A stretch of DNA of 64,000 nucleotides, taken from the NCBI GenBank assembly GCA_050633305.1, contig JBOEGF010000015.1, positions 128,001 to 192,000 of the forward strand. Reading direction: 5' to 3'. Origin of the DNA: Nannocystales bacterium (lineage in GTDB: Bacteria > Myxococcota_A > Polyangia > Nannocystales > Nannocystaceae). Position 1 is the first letter of the stretch. Every line of letters starts with the position of its first letter. The notes beneath the pieces were generated by a model. That model had not been told where the DNA came from and ran no database searches. It saw only the letters and a program-made list of their open reading frames with translations. Of this stretch, positions 47,786-60,039 are shown piece after piece. Both the position numbers and the translations under genes were made by a program.

Positions 47786-48010
47786 TGGTGGACACCGACA
47801 CGGACGGTTGGGGTACGGGGACGTCTGGAGCGACCGTACTGGCCTGTTCGGGCGCGGCTTCAGACGTATCTGGCATCGCCTGATCGCGACCCGCCGAGAA
47901 TCCTGCAGAACGTTGTTCTGGGCGCGTTTTCGGCGCCTTTCGGGCTAGGTGAAGACCCGCGCCGCGTGCTATCTTTTCGCGCATCGCCGGCAAGGCCTCA
48001 CGCCTCGTGA

Positions 48011-50514
<2,504 letters not shown>

Positions 50515-50515
<1 letters not shown>

Positions 50516-51390
50516 TGCGACACCTCGCTCTCGCGTTTCTCGTCCTCCTCGTCCCCGCCTGTGAAAGCGGCTCCGATGCGGTCACCGTGCGTGACCAGGC
50601 CGCGATCCTCGCTGAGGCCGCCTGCGGGGGCGCGTTTGCGTGCGGTTGCAAGAACCCCTTCACCGACGACTATGCCGATGAGGCCGCGTGTGTGGAGGGA
50701 GTCGAGGCTCGCCTGGTCGACCGTGCTCTCGACGACGAAGGGTTGAGCTTCAACGGTGACTGTACCGACCGGGTCGCCGCTGCGCTGTCGACGTTCGCGT
50801 GCGAGACCGACGATGAGGCTGCACTCAGCGGCCCGTTGTTCGCCGCGGCCGAGCAGCTGCGCGAGTGCCGACTGTTCTACGGCGGTGCGGGGGTGGGTGA
50901 AGCCTGCGAGCGCCTCGATGGCGGTCTTGGGGACAGCTGCAACATCGACAGCTTCTGCGACGGCGGTATGTGCGTCGCAGCGGGCTCCGGCGCGTTTGAG
51001 GACGCGTGCGAGTCCGACGGTGATTGCCAGCAGGCCTTCCGCTGTCTCGCATCCATCGAAGACCCCGACGACACCCAGCTTCGGTGCCGCGACCAGCCGT
51101 CTGCTGGGGACGCCTGCAGCATGAGCGGCGACTGTGGAGCGGGGGCCTACTGCAACATCGCCAGCGCCTGCATCGCGCTGCCTGGTAGCGGACAAGCGTG
51201 CACCACCATTGCCTCGCAAGACGGCCTCACCTGTGCCCCCGGAAACGCCTGCGCGAACGGGGTCTGCCAGGCGGGTGCGATCGCGGGTGACCCGTGTGGC
51301 GTTACCTGTGCTGCTGGGCTCACGTGCGAAGGCGGCTTTTGCGTGACGGGCACGGCCGCGGTGTGCGAGTACGAAGACGACGCGGTCTAG
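50515..51390 (+). CDS. Cys-rich lipoprotein
   Basis: PAC lipobox; G-x-x-C repeats. Confidence 0.7.
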
Positions 51391-54143
51391 GGGCCGGAGA
51401 CCAAACGCCTTCGGAGGTCGTCCAGTACACCCTGCAGTTTGGTGGCCCGCACCGCGAGTTCGGGCCGCTCTTGGTGCGGGCCGGGCCGGGCAAGATCCGC
51501 GAGCAAATCGTCGACGAGTGCAATGGCCTCGGCGGTCTTTCCCTCGATCGAGAGGAGCTCGGCGTCCAGCGTTTGTAGGAATAGCTCGAACAGGGCCGCG
51601 GTCTCGTCATCCAGGTCGAAGTCCGCGATGAGCTTTCGCGTTTGCGCGAGAGCCTTGGCCGCCTCCTTGGGGTGGTTCAGTTTGATTTGGATGGATGCTC
51701 GGTTCTGATGGAGCATCGGATCCTCCGGATTGATGGCGAGGAGCGCGGTGTTGTGTTCCAACGCGGCATCGTAGTCTTCGGCCGCCGTCGTGATGTTGGC
51801 GAGGAGCCTCCGGGCCGCGATGTGGTCACTGTTGGTCGCCGGGAGCGTGCGCGCGTACTCCCATCCCGCGTTGGCGTGTGGGACGGCCTCGTCGACCTTG
51901 CCCAGGTTGAACAGCACGTCGGCGAGCTTGATTCGGGTCCTCGCCGTGGATGGGCTCCGCGCCGGGAGGCCCTCGGTTTGAATCTCCGCCGCCTCTTGAA
52001 GGAACGGTTCGCCTGCGGCGAGGTCGAGCCGGCTGTCGGCGTGGAGGACTCCCAGGTCGTACAGGACCGCGGCACGTCTGGGGTGTGTTCGACCGAGGTG
52101 CTCCTCGTACGTTTCGGCGACTGCGTTGAGCAGGTTCCGCGCTCGCTCCTGCTCCGGCTTCTTCGCGCTGGTCATCAGAACCCCGGCGAGCCCGAGCCGC
52201 GCGGACGCGACCCCGACGGGCTCATGCAACCCCAAGCGCAGCTCAATGGCGCGTTCGTACAACACCACAGCCTCGTCGAATTCCTGTGGCCGCTGTCTCG
52301 CAAACGCCTCGGCCCTCGCCACCGTGGCGTCGGCCCGAAGCTGGAGGGGCATCGCTTCGCTGACGTGGCCCTCGACCAACCGTCGAGCGTCACGGGCCGA
52401 CTCCCAGCGCTCTTGGTGGGTGAGCTCGACGAGCCACGCGATAACCCCACGGGCCCGCGTCAGAGAGTCGTTGCCTTCCCGAATGCTGCTGACGAGGTCG
52501 TCCAGGGCCGCCGAGGGCTCCGCCATGAGTCGTCTTGCCCGCGCCCTCAGCCGGTAGGCCTCGGCCAGGGCATCGGTGCCTTGGAGGCGAGGGTCCTCGA
52601 TCAGCTCGGTCAGGGTTTGCGTCGCAGCCTCCGCCCGATGCGCCAAGACCTGCGCACCGCCGGCCTCGAGCTTGGCGAGGATGTCGTGGTCGAGCCCGCT
52701 GGCGATGTCGTCGTCGCCGGGCTCGATGCAAAACTCCGGGGAGCGCAGCAACGTGACCAGCGGTTGAACCTGCGCGATGTTCGAAGCATCGATGGCGGCG
52801 TACTCGGTCACGACCGAGTCGAACACGACCACAGAGCGCTCGAGGCAACTGAGAACCGCCGGGTCAACCCGGCCCTTGCACACCTTGGCGCGGGTGCTCT
52901 CCCAGCGAGCGAGGAAGTCTTCGATTCCGGATGAAGCCGAGGACCAGGCATTCTCAGCGTAGGGAACCTCGGTGGCCGTGAACGATCCGTGGACCCGCGA
53001 CTGCGTCTGTGGGGTCCAAAGCTCCGCCGGCTTCGAGAGGGAGCTGCAGGGGCTGTCCGAGGTCGCGATGAACGGTAGGGAGACCGCGAGTCCGACGAGG
53101 CCGACCGTCAGCCAGGGGCCGCGTCGTGCCCAGCCACGACCTCGTCGCAGGGCCACGAGCAGCGCGTCCATCGATGCCCAGCGCCCGGACGGCGCGATGC
53201 TGAGTCCTTTGCGTAGCGCCGGCCTCAACGTGCGGGGGATCGAGGACCAGGCCGAAATTGCAGCAGACTCTGGCCGGTCCCTGAGTGTGGCGTGGGTGTA
53301 GGGCCTTTCCCCGGCGAGCGCGGCGAACAGCGCTACGCAAAACGAGAATTGGTCGGCGCGAGCATCGGCGTTCTCCCCCCGGAACTGCTCGGGAGCCATG
53401 TACGCCGGGGTCCCGAGGACGGCGCCCGTGCGGGTGAGTTTTTCCCCGGAAATCCCACTGCGTGAATCCGGTCCTTGTAACGACTCCGTGGAGTGCCCGG
53501 AGCTGACCGCGAGGCCGAAGTCGACAACACGAACCCGGCCGTCGGCGCCCAAGATCGCATTGCTCGGCTTGAAGTCCCGATGCACGAGTCCAGCGCCATG
53601 TGCCGCTGCCAGGCCACGACCAGCCTGGTCGAAGACGTCGAACACCCGATCGACGGAGTGCGGTCCTTCAGTGAGCCAGTCCTTCAGCGACTTGCCATCA
53701 ATGAGCTCCATCGCGACGAAGACATCGCCCTCGTGGTCGCCAACCTCGTACACGTGCACCACATTGGGATGAGACAACTGGGCCATCGCCTTGGCCTCTC
53801 GAACCATGCGCGCGCGATGTAGCGCCTCCTTCTCGGAAGCACTGCCGAGCAGTTTCAGTGCGACGAGTCGCCCGAGCGAAGGATCCCAAGCCGAGAGCAC
53901 AACGCCCATGCCGCCCTCGCCAATCGCCTCGCGAACCTCGTAGCGCCCGATACGCAGAGCACCCGCGGTCGAGCCGAACAGCTGAGATGCGATATCAGCC
54001 TTCATCGCCTCCGCGTGCACGCCGGGCTCGGGCGCATCCACGGGCAAGCCGTCTTCCTCTCGAGTGTGGCGGGCCACCGTGTCGTGTTGGTGGCGCTCGA
54101 TGTCTGACCCGTCACGCTGAAGTGGGCTTTCCTCGGGTTCCAT
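51387..54143 (-). CDS. Hanks-type Ser/Thr kinase with TM segment and TPR-like C-terminus
   Basis: GEGGMGVV, VALK, HRDFKPSN, DFG, GTPAYMAPE. Confidence 0.93.
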   Translation of the reverse strand: MEPEESPLQRDGSDIERHQHDTVARHTREEDGLPVDAPEPGVHAEAMKADIASQLFGSTAGALRIGRYEVREAIGEGGMGVVLSAWDPSLGRLVALKLLGSASEKEALHRARMVREAKAMAQLSHPNVVHVYEVGDHEGDVFVAMELIDGKSLKDWLTEGPHSVDRVFDVFDQAGRGLAAAHGAGLVHRDFKPSNAILGADGRVRVVDFGLAVSSGHSTESLQGPDSRSGISGEKLTRTGAVLGTPAYMAPEQFRGENADARADQFSFCVALFAALAGERPYTHATLRDRPESAAISAWSSIPRTLRPALRKGLSIAPSGRWASMDALLVALRRGRGWARRGPWLTVGLVGLAVSLPFIATSDSPCSSLSKPAELWTPQTQSRVHGSFTATEVPYAENAWSSASSGIEDFLARWESTRAKVCKGRVDPAVLSCLERSVVVFDSVVTEYAAIDASNIAQVQPLVTLLRSPEFCIEPGDDDIASGLDHDILAKLEAGGAQVLAHRAEAATQTLTELIEDPRLQGTDALAEAYRLRARARRLMAEPSAALDDLVSSIREGNDSLTRARGVIAWLVELTHQERWESARDARRLVEGHVSEAMPLQLRADATVARAEAFARQRPQEFDEAVVLYERAIELRLGLHEPVGVASARLGLAGVLMTSAKKPEQERARNLLNAVAETYEEHLGRTHPRRAAVLYDLGVLHADSRLDLAAGEPFLQEAAEIQTEGLPARSPSTARTRIKLADVLFNLGKVDEAVPHANAGWEYARTLPATNSDHIAARRLLANITTAAEDYDAALEHNTALLAINPEDPMLHQNRASIQIKLNHPKEAAKALAQTRKLIADFDLDDETAALFELFLQTLDAELLSIEGKTAEAIALVDDLLADLARPGPHQERPELAVRATKLQGVLDDLRRRLVSGP

Positions 54144-54179
54144 GACTCGACCCGTGGCATAGTGCCATGCGAAGTGTCT

Positions 54180-54788
54180 GTGCAGAGTGATGAGGAGTTG
54201 CTGGGCGCGTGGAAGGGTGGGGATCGAAAGGCGGGGAACGAGCTGTTTCAGCGCCACTTCGAGCCCGTGAGGCGGTTCTTCGTCAACAAGACCGATGGTG
54301 ACGTGGCGGAGTTGGTGCAGAGCACGTTCGTTCGCTGCCTCGCCGCGGTCGACCGTTTTGAGGGCCGGTCCAGCTTTCGCACCTTCCTGTTCGCGATCGC
54401 GCATAACATCCTCCGCGAGCACTACCGGGCTCGGGTGAAGGATCGTCGCAACGAAGACCTTGGCGAACTTTCGGTCGCCGACATGGGCGCAGGGCCCTCG
54501 ACTGTGCTCAACGCGAAGCGAGAGCAACAAGTCCTCCTCCGCGCACTTCGGAGAATCCCGATGGCAGATCAGGTGATTCTCGAGCTGTACTACTGGGAGA
54601 AGCTCACCGCGATTCAGATCGGAGAAATCCTCGAGGTTCCAGAGAACACGGCACGCAGTCGCATCCGCAACGGGAAGAAGCGGCTCAAGAATGCGATCGC
54701 CCAGGTCGCGGAAGAACCGGCGGTCGCGGAGAGCACAGCCAACGACCTCGATGGTTGGGCCGAGCAGATTCGTGCCCGAATGGGGTGA
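54180..54788 (+). CDS. ECF sigma factor
   Basis: SDEELL..W..GD, SSFRTFLFAIA, TARSRI. Confidence 0.9.
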   Translation: MQSDEELLGAWKGGDRKAGNELFQRHFEPVRRFFVNKTDGDVAELVQSTFVRCLAAVDRFEGRSSFRTFLFAIAHNILREHYRARVKDRRNEDLGELSVADMGAGPSTVLNAKREQQVLLRALRRIPMADQVILELYYWEKLTAIQIGEILEVPENTARSRIRNGKKRLKNAIAQVAEEPAVAESTANDLDGWAEQIRARMG

Positions 54789-54820
54789 CGGTTTTCCCTG
54801 CCGGTCCCACTGACCGGTTG

Positions 54821-55156
54821 ATGACAACGTACGCAACCACAACGCTCCTCAACAACAACACAACCGTTACAACGATTCAGCACACGAGCGCGACTTCGAT
54901 CGTGCCACTGCGACTCGAGACCGACAACGCAACGGTCGAATACGACAACTCCGTGATCGACGAAATCGTCTTCACACCTTACACGGGGTTGGCGGCCAAC
55001 TCGTACTCCGTGAAGGTGCGAAACGCCAACGGGGACATCTCGCACGCCTTCATCCACGACATCCCGACAGGCTCGAACGACGTCCGCACCCACGAATTCG
55101 AGAGTACCGGTGCCGCCAACTGGACCCTCAAGGTGACGACGAAACCGGAGACCTGA
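54821..55156 (+). CDS. Small Thr/Asn-rich beta-type protein
   Basis: Clean ORF just after the sigma gene; no signal peptide. Confidence 0.6.
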   Translation: MTTYATTTLLNNNTTVTTIQHTSATSIVPLRLETDNATVEYDNSVIDEIVFTPYTGLAANSYSVKVRNANGDISHAFIHDIPTGSNDVRTHEFESTGAANWTLKVTTKPET

Positions 55157-55429
55157 AGTCTCAGGTTGGAGTCTCGGGTCTGTGTGCCCCGGGGCAACTC
55201 AGCGAAGGCCGTCCTGGGATGCGGATGGCCTTCACGTTTTTGCCGCGGACCTGGGGGTAGTGTCCGCCGGCATCATGTCTCGAGGGGGCACTCTCATCGC
55301 CGCGGAGGAGGCTCGACCCTACGCATGCTCCACGGAGTCTTCGTGGCGCGACGTCTGGACTACCGAGATGGATCTTGATCGCGTTCCACCTCGAACCTGG
55401 ACGGTGTTTTGAGACGTGCGATCATGAAC

Positions 55430-56641
55430 TCAGCCGCCGCAGCCACCGCAGCCACCGCCGCCACAACCTCCGCCACCACACCCACCGCCGCCACAGCTGA
55501 AGAAGGCGCTGTCCGAGCCGCTGCTCCTGCTACTGCTACTCCCGCCGCGGGACTTGGCTCCGAAGATCGGGATGAACAGCAGAAGAGGCGAGAACAGCAG
55601 AAGGTCGCCGTCGGGCTCGAGCCCCAAAGCCACCAAGCTTGGGTGGAGCAGAGCCGCTGCGGCGACGAGAATGGGGACCCACCTCCAGCCTTCGAGGCGG
55701 TTTGCCGTGACCGCGGCAAAGATGGACGCGACAAGGCCGTAGGCGACGAACCAGAGGGCGGGCGAGCTTTCGACGTGCCCTGGGACCACCACGCCAAGCC
55801 CGATGAGGCCAGCGGCTGCGACGCCAAACGATTGGCGTAGACGGGTGGTCATGAGCTTGCCGTCTTCCTCGGAGAGGACGGGCTCGAGCTCGGTCTCCAC
55901 GGGCAGGGGGGCGGGAGCGCGGTAGCTCTGAGAAAGCACGGGCTCGGGGGGCTCGTGGAGGACGGGCAGCACCCCCAGCGCCGCGATCCATCGCTTTCGC
56001 GCCTGCCGACCGCCGAGCACGAACCCTGCCAGCAGGAGAAGGGCGGAGACGAGGGCGCCGAAGATGTTCCACGCGAAGTCGCTGGGACGACTAGCGCTGA
56101 AGGCGACGACGATCGGCGTGCCGGTGATTCGTTCGCATCGCTGATGGTCGCCCAGCGGCGTGCACGAGAAACCGTCGACGGACCAGTCGGGCGGAGCGAG
56201 GAGGACGATACTCGTGGAGCCGACGTTGACGCCAAATCGGCTCAGCCAGAGGACTTCGTAGTCGACGGACGTCCACCGACGCCTTCCAACGAGAGGGTCT
56301 CGCTCGAAGGAGAACTCGATCGGTTGGGGTTCACCTTCAGAGTCTGCGGGGAGGGTGAACTCGATCCGTTGCTCGACGAAGCCATGCGCCTGTCCAATGG
56401 TGGCCTTGGCGGAGTCGATGAGGCGGAGGTTGCGAATCGGTTCCTCCCCCACGAACTTGAAGCCGTGCTCTTTGACCTCGTAAGGACTGTCCTTGGTGTA
56501 GTCTAGCCGTAGGCTGTAGCGGGTGACGTCGGGGTCGCGAAGATCGATCTCGGCTCGGTATTCCTCGATGCTCGCGGCAGCGGCAGGGCGTCCAAGCAAC
56601 ATCCCGAAGACGAACAGACAGGTACAAAGCGCCCGGTTCAT
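55430..56641 (-). CDS. Membrane protein with exported N-domain and Cys/Gly-rich C-terminal tail
   Basis: Signal peptide, about 5 TM segments, tail SCGGGGCGGGGCGGGGCGGCGG. Confidence 0.75.
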   Translation of the reverse strand: MNRALCTCLFVFGMLLGRPAAAASIEEYRAEIDLRDPDVTRYSLRLDYTKDSPYEVKEHGFKFVGEEPIRNLRLIDSAKATIGQAHGFVEQRIEFTLPADSEGEPQPIEFSFERDPLVGRRRWTSVDYEVLWLSRFGVNVGSTSIVLLAPPDWSVDGFSCTPLGDHQRCERITGTPIVVAFSASRPSDFAWNIFGALVSALLLLAGFVLGGRQARKRWIAALGVLPVLHEPPEPVLSQSYRAPAPLPVETELEPVLSEEDGKLMTTRLRQSFGVAAAGLIGLGVVVPGHVESSPALWFVAYGLVASIFAAVTANRLEGWRWVPILVAAAALLHPSLVALGLEPDGDLLLFSPLLLFIPIFGAKSRGGSSSSRSSGSDSAFFSCGGGGCGGGGCGGGGCGGCGG

Positions 56642-57387
56642 GAGGACGACTCCTCAATGCCATCGACGATCCGTGTCAGGTTCTCGATGAAGGGAAGCAG
56701 GGTGTCGAGCGCACTCGCGACATCCGGAACGGACCCGGCGCCACGGGTACGCTCGTAGATCGCGAGAACGGCGGCGACATCGAGGTCCGCGGCTTCACCC
56801 AATGCTCGGACCGCATGGGTGTCGGTCAGCGGCGCCTTCTGTTGGAGACAGACCAGGGTGTGGTGGGCGGAGATCGAGATGGTGTCCAGTGCATCGAACA
56901 CGGCCCGTCCGGCTTCGCCTGGGTTTCCGGCCAGTCCAAGGAACACGCGGTTGCGCAGGCGTCGACCGAGGCCACGCAGCTGGAACTCGAGGGCATGACG
57001 AAGGTGCGCGGGCTCGATGTGGATGTCGCCGAAGGGGTCCTCGCCGGCGATGAGCCAATGCCGGGTCTTCCACTCGGCAAGCTCGAGCGCGAAGACGTCG
57101 GCGCTTCGTCGCAGCTCGTCGACGGTGACGAGCCGAGGACGGATCCCTGCGGCGGTGGAGCTTCGCAATGCAGTGGCGAGGCTTCCAACAACATCAGGCG
57201 GAAGCTGGCGAGCGACCAAGAGCATCTCGGGACGCCTCGCCCGGTCGGCGCGTTCGGCATGCATGGCGTTGCCGACCAGCACGGCTGCGACGAAATCGTC
57301 ACCGAGACACTCAGCACCCGCCCGGGCTGCGGACTGGAGCAGTTTTCCAGTTCGCGAAGGTAACCAGTTGGCTGTTTCCGGCGGCAC
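56638..57387 (-). CDS. Nucleotidyltransferase-fold-like protein with degenerate active site
   Basis: AVLVGNA in place of hG[GS]; no DxD; DVFALE...GEDPF. Confidence 0.55.
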   Translation of the reverse strand: MPPETANWLPSRTGKLLQSAARAGAECLGDDFVAAVLVGNAMHAERADRARRPEMLLVARQLPPDVVGSLATALRSSTAAGIRPRLVTVDELRRSADVFALELAEWKTRHWLIAGEDPFGDIHIEPAHLRHALEFQLRGLGRRLRNRVFLGLAGNPGEAGRAVFDALDTISISAHHTLVCLQQKAPLTDTHAVRALGEAADLDVAAVLAIYERTRGAGSVPDVASALDTLLPFIENLTRIVDGIEESSS

Positions 57388-57416
57388 GCGAGAACCCTAC
57401 ACGCTAGCCTCTCGCC

Positions 57417-58250
57417 GTGTTCCCCGTCGCTGTTGGGCTCTCGTTTCGCCCCGCCTGGCTCGACTCGCTGCTTGCGCTGCCGGGCCGGGGGCCTATCGAC
57501 GTCCTGGAGGTGATGGTCGACGACGCTCTGCACTGTGCTGACACGCTCAAGCTCTTTCGACGCTTGGGCGCGCGGTGGCCTCTGCTCGGGCACGGCGTCG
57601 CACTGGGAATCGGAAACGCGGACGGACTCGACTGTGGCTACCTCGCGGCGATCTCCGAGATCCTCGCGCACCTGCACGTCCGCTGGTACGGGGACCACCT
57701 GTGCTTTCTGACGGCTGGGGACTACGAACTCGGGCACTTCGCGCCGGTCGGAGCCGATCATGATTCGCTGGCCGCCCTCGAGGTCAACGGGGCGGAGGTT
57801 CGGCGCACAGTGACGGTGCCCTTCTTGCTCGAAAACCCGGCGGATGTGCTGGGGTGGGGCGCGGAGTCCCCGAACGCGGGCGCGCGGCTGGGGCGGGAGT
57901 TTGGCGCGTGCATCGAGGCGGCAGACGCTGGCGCAATCCTCGATGTCACAAACCTGCTCTATGGGTCCCGCAACGACGGCTTCAACGCAGAGGCGTTCAT
58001 CGCCGCGATGCCGCTCGAGCGCCTGGTTCAGGTTCACCTCGCGGGCGGCCGACAGATCAGGGGGTTGTGGATCGACAGCCACGATCGCCCCATCGAACCG
58101 GACTCCATGGCGTTGCTCGAGGTCGTCCTCCGCGACAGTCCGAATCTGCGGGCCGTCACGCTGGAGTGGGACGAGGACTTGCCCGAGTTCGAGGTCGCGT
58201 TGGCAGCGGTCGACCGCGTTCGGAGCGTCGTTCGGGAGGCTGGACGATGA
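57417..58250 (+). CDS. DUF692 family multinuclear non-heme iron oxidase (MNIO)
   Basis: VGLSFR, LEV, HGVALGIG, DHL, LLENP, LDVTN, VHLAG, DSH, TLEWD. Confidence 0.9.
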   Translation: MFPVAVGLSFRPAWLDSLLALPGRGPIDVLEVMVDDALHCADTLKLFRRLGARWPLLGHGVALGIGNADGLDCGYLAAISEILAHLHVRWYGDHLCFLTAGDYELGHFAPVGADHDSLAALEVNGAEVRRTVTVPFLLENPADVLGWGAESPNAGARLGREFGACIEAADAGAILDVTNLLYGSRNDGFNAEAFIAAMPLERLVQVHLAGGRQIRGLWIDSHDRPIEPDSMALLEVVLRDSPNLRAVTLEWDEDLPEFEVALAAVDRVRSVVREAGR

Positions 58251-58459
58251 ACCTGAAGAAACGTCAGCGCTTCATGGCCAGGTTCCTGACCGACCCCGCT
58301 TTCGAGGCCAGGGTTCGAGAATCCCCTGAGCTGATCGCCGCGACGATGGACGTTCCGCTGGAGGAGGTCTTGCGGCTGGTCAGTGTGGAGGCTCGCCGGA
58401 TCCAGGCATTTCGGGCGAGCCGGCAGGTCAAGGCCCGACGGCGTCGGGGCGGAGACTAG
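58247..58459 (+). CDS. 70-aa putative MNIO partner
   Basis: ATGA-coupled to the MNIO gene; ARFLTDPAFEAR. Confidence 0.65.
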   Translation: MNLKKRQRFMARFLTDPAFEARVRESPELIAATMDVPLEEVLRLVSVEARRIQAFRASRQVKARRRRGGD

Positions 58460-58486
58460 CGAGGGTCCGAAGACACGCGGCCCGAG

Positions 58487-59149
58487 CTACGAACTCCCCT
58501 TGGGTCGCTCGAAGAGGAGGGTGAAGCGGTCGGTGCGTGGCTGGGGATTGGACCAAGCCAGGCCGGTTCGTGGGTCCTCGGGCACCCGCAGGGCATCAGA
58601 TTCGGCGGCGAGGACAAAGCCAGCCGCGGTGAGCTCTTCGATCACGCTCTGTCGGCCGATGCGGTGCAACGTGCCGCCGACGCTGGTGTCGTGCGAGTGC
58701 GCTGCGGCGTGGTCGATGATGAGGAAACGACCGCCGGGCTTGAGTGCGGCAAAGAGTCGGCGGTTCATCTCGGCCCGATCGACGTCGAGGTAGAGGAGGT
58801 CGTGGTAGATGAGCACGCAGACGACGAGGTCTAGCGGCGTCTCATCTGCGCGTACGGGGTTGTCGAAGGGCCGCTCCACAAACGTGACGCCCGGGACCGG
58901 CCCGTGCTCGACCCGCGCGGCGAGATAGGGCGCCATGAAGTCGTGCCACTGCGGTGGGTTGACGGCGAGGACCGATCCTTGGGGCCCAACGCGCTGGGCG
59001 AGGGTCATGGCCGTGTAGCCGTCGCCGCCGCCGATCTCCAAGACGTTGTCCCCGCGCTGAACACCTGCGAAATCCATGAACAGGTCGGGGTGCCGCAGGG
59101 CATCGCGTGGGGCATCGAGCGGAACGCGGTGAGAATCGGGGGAGGGCAT
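58487..59149 (-). CDS. Class I SAM-dependent methyltransferase
   Basis: VLEIGGGDGY, YHD, LKPGG, TLHRI, TDRF. Confidence 0.88.
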   Translation of the reverse strand: MPSPDSHRVPLDAPRDALRHPDLFMDFAGVQRGDNVLEIGGGDGYTAMTLAQRVGPQGSVLAVNPPQWHDFMAPYLAARVEHGPVPGVTFVERPFDNPVRADETPLDLVVCVLIYHDLLYLDVDRAEMNRRLFAALKPGGRFLIIDHAAAHSHDTSVGGTLHRIGRQSVIEELTAAGFVLAAESDALRVPEDPRTGLAWSNPQPRTDRFTLLFERPKGSS

Positions 59150-59198
59150 GTCGGAAGTGGAGGCGGGGTCGGGTTTGATGGAGGCTTCGTTCGCGCGG

Positions 59199-59966
59199 CT
59201 ACTCGCAGCCATCACCCATCGGTACGCAGAACTTCGCGAAACCGGCGAGGCTGGGGACCTCGCTGGCGTCGAGCCGCTGGGACTTCAAGCCGGTGTACTC
59301 GTCCGACCCGTACCAGCTCGAGATGGCGTCCGTGGTTGGGAACCCGATCAAGCGAGTCGAGGCGTCCGGCCACTCGCCTTCGAGCAAGGTGACGGGCTCG
59401 CCTTCGAGCAACACGCTGCCACCGAACCCGGCCAAGAGTGCGGCGGAGTCTTCGAGGTAGGCCTCGAAGCCGTCGGCGTCGTGAACCAGTTCCGATTGCT
59501 CGACGAGGTAGCCGCCGTAGCTGGAAAGGTCCTCGTCGGCGCCTGAGAGCCCGCGAAACAACACCATGTCGGTTTGACCGACCGAGTCGATGCGAAATGG
59601 GCGGGCGTCGACGTACTCGGGGTCGTCGTACCAACCCTGTGCCGCGTCGACGCTGGGAAACTGGAGCACCACGGTCCAGCCGTCCGGCGCTGCGCCTTCG
59701 AGCCGGTTGGGCTCTGCGCTGGCGACCATGCCGACAAAGCCATGCTTGGCGAGCGTGGGCGCGGCTCGATTGGCGTACTCGGTGAAGAAGGTGTCGGGAT
59801 CGTCGATGGAGTCGATCTGGACGACGATGTAACCGGGGACGTCCTCGTCGATGGTCGGCTCGGACGCTTCGAGATCGGTGCCATCATCGGCCTCGGTGCA
59901 CGCGGACAGGGCGATCGAGAGCGTTGCGGCCAGCGCCGCAGTTTTGGAGTTCAACAAGTGCTTCAT
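59199..59966 (-). CDS. Lipoprotein with tandem DUF1330 domains
   Basis: LSAC lipobox; two LEG...FP...WY...EY units. Confidence 0.8.
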   Translation of the reverse strand: MKHLLNSKTAALAATLSIALSACTEADDGTDLEASEPTIDEDVPGYIVVQIDSIDDPDTFFTEYANRAAPTLAKHGFVGMVASAEPNRLEGAAPDGWTVVLQFPSVDAAQGWYDDPEYVDARPFRIDSVGQTDMVLFRGLSGADEDLSSYGGYLVEQSELVHDADGFEAYLEDSAALLAGFGGSVLLEGEPVTLLEGEWPDASTRLIGFPTTDAISSWYGSDEYTGLKSQRLDASEVPSLAGFAKFCVPMGDGCE

Positions 59967-60039
59967 GAGCTGATCCAAGCTTGAATCCGACTCCTTGTGA
60001 GGACAATATGGCGCTTAGAGAACCCACTGTTCTCCCGTT

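Noticed and set aside
54144..54842. 1151-aa version of the kinase
   Set aside because: The extension is the antisense shadow of the ECF sigma gene.
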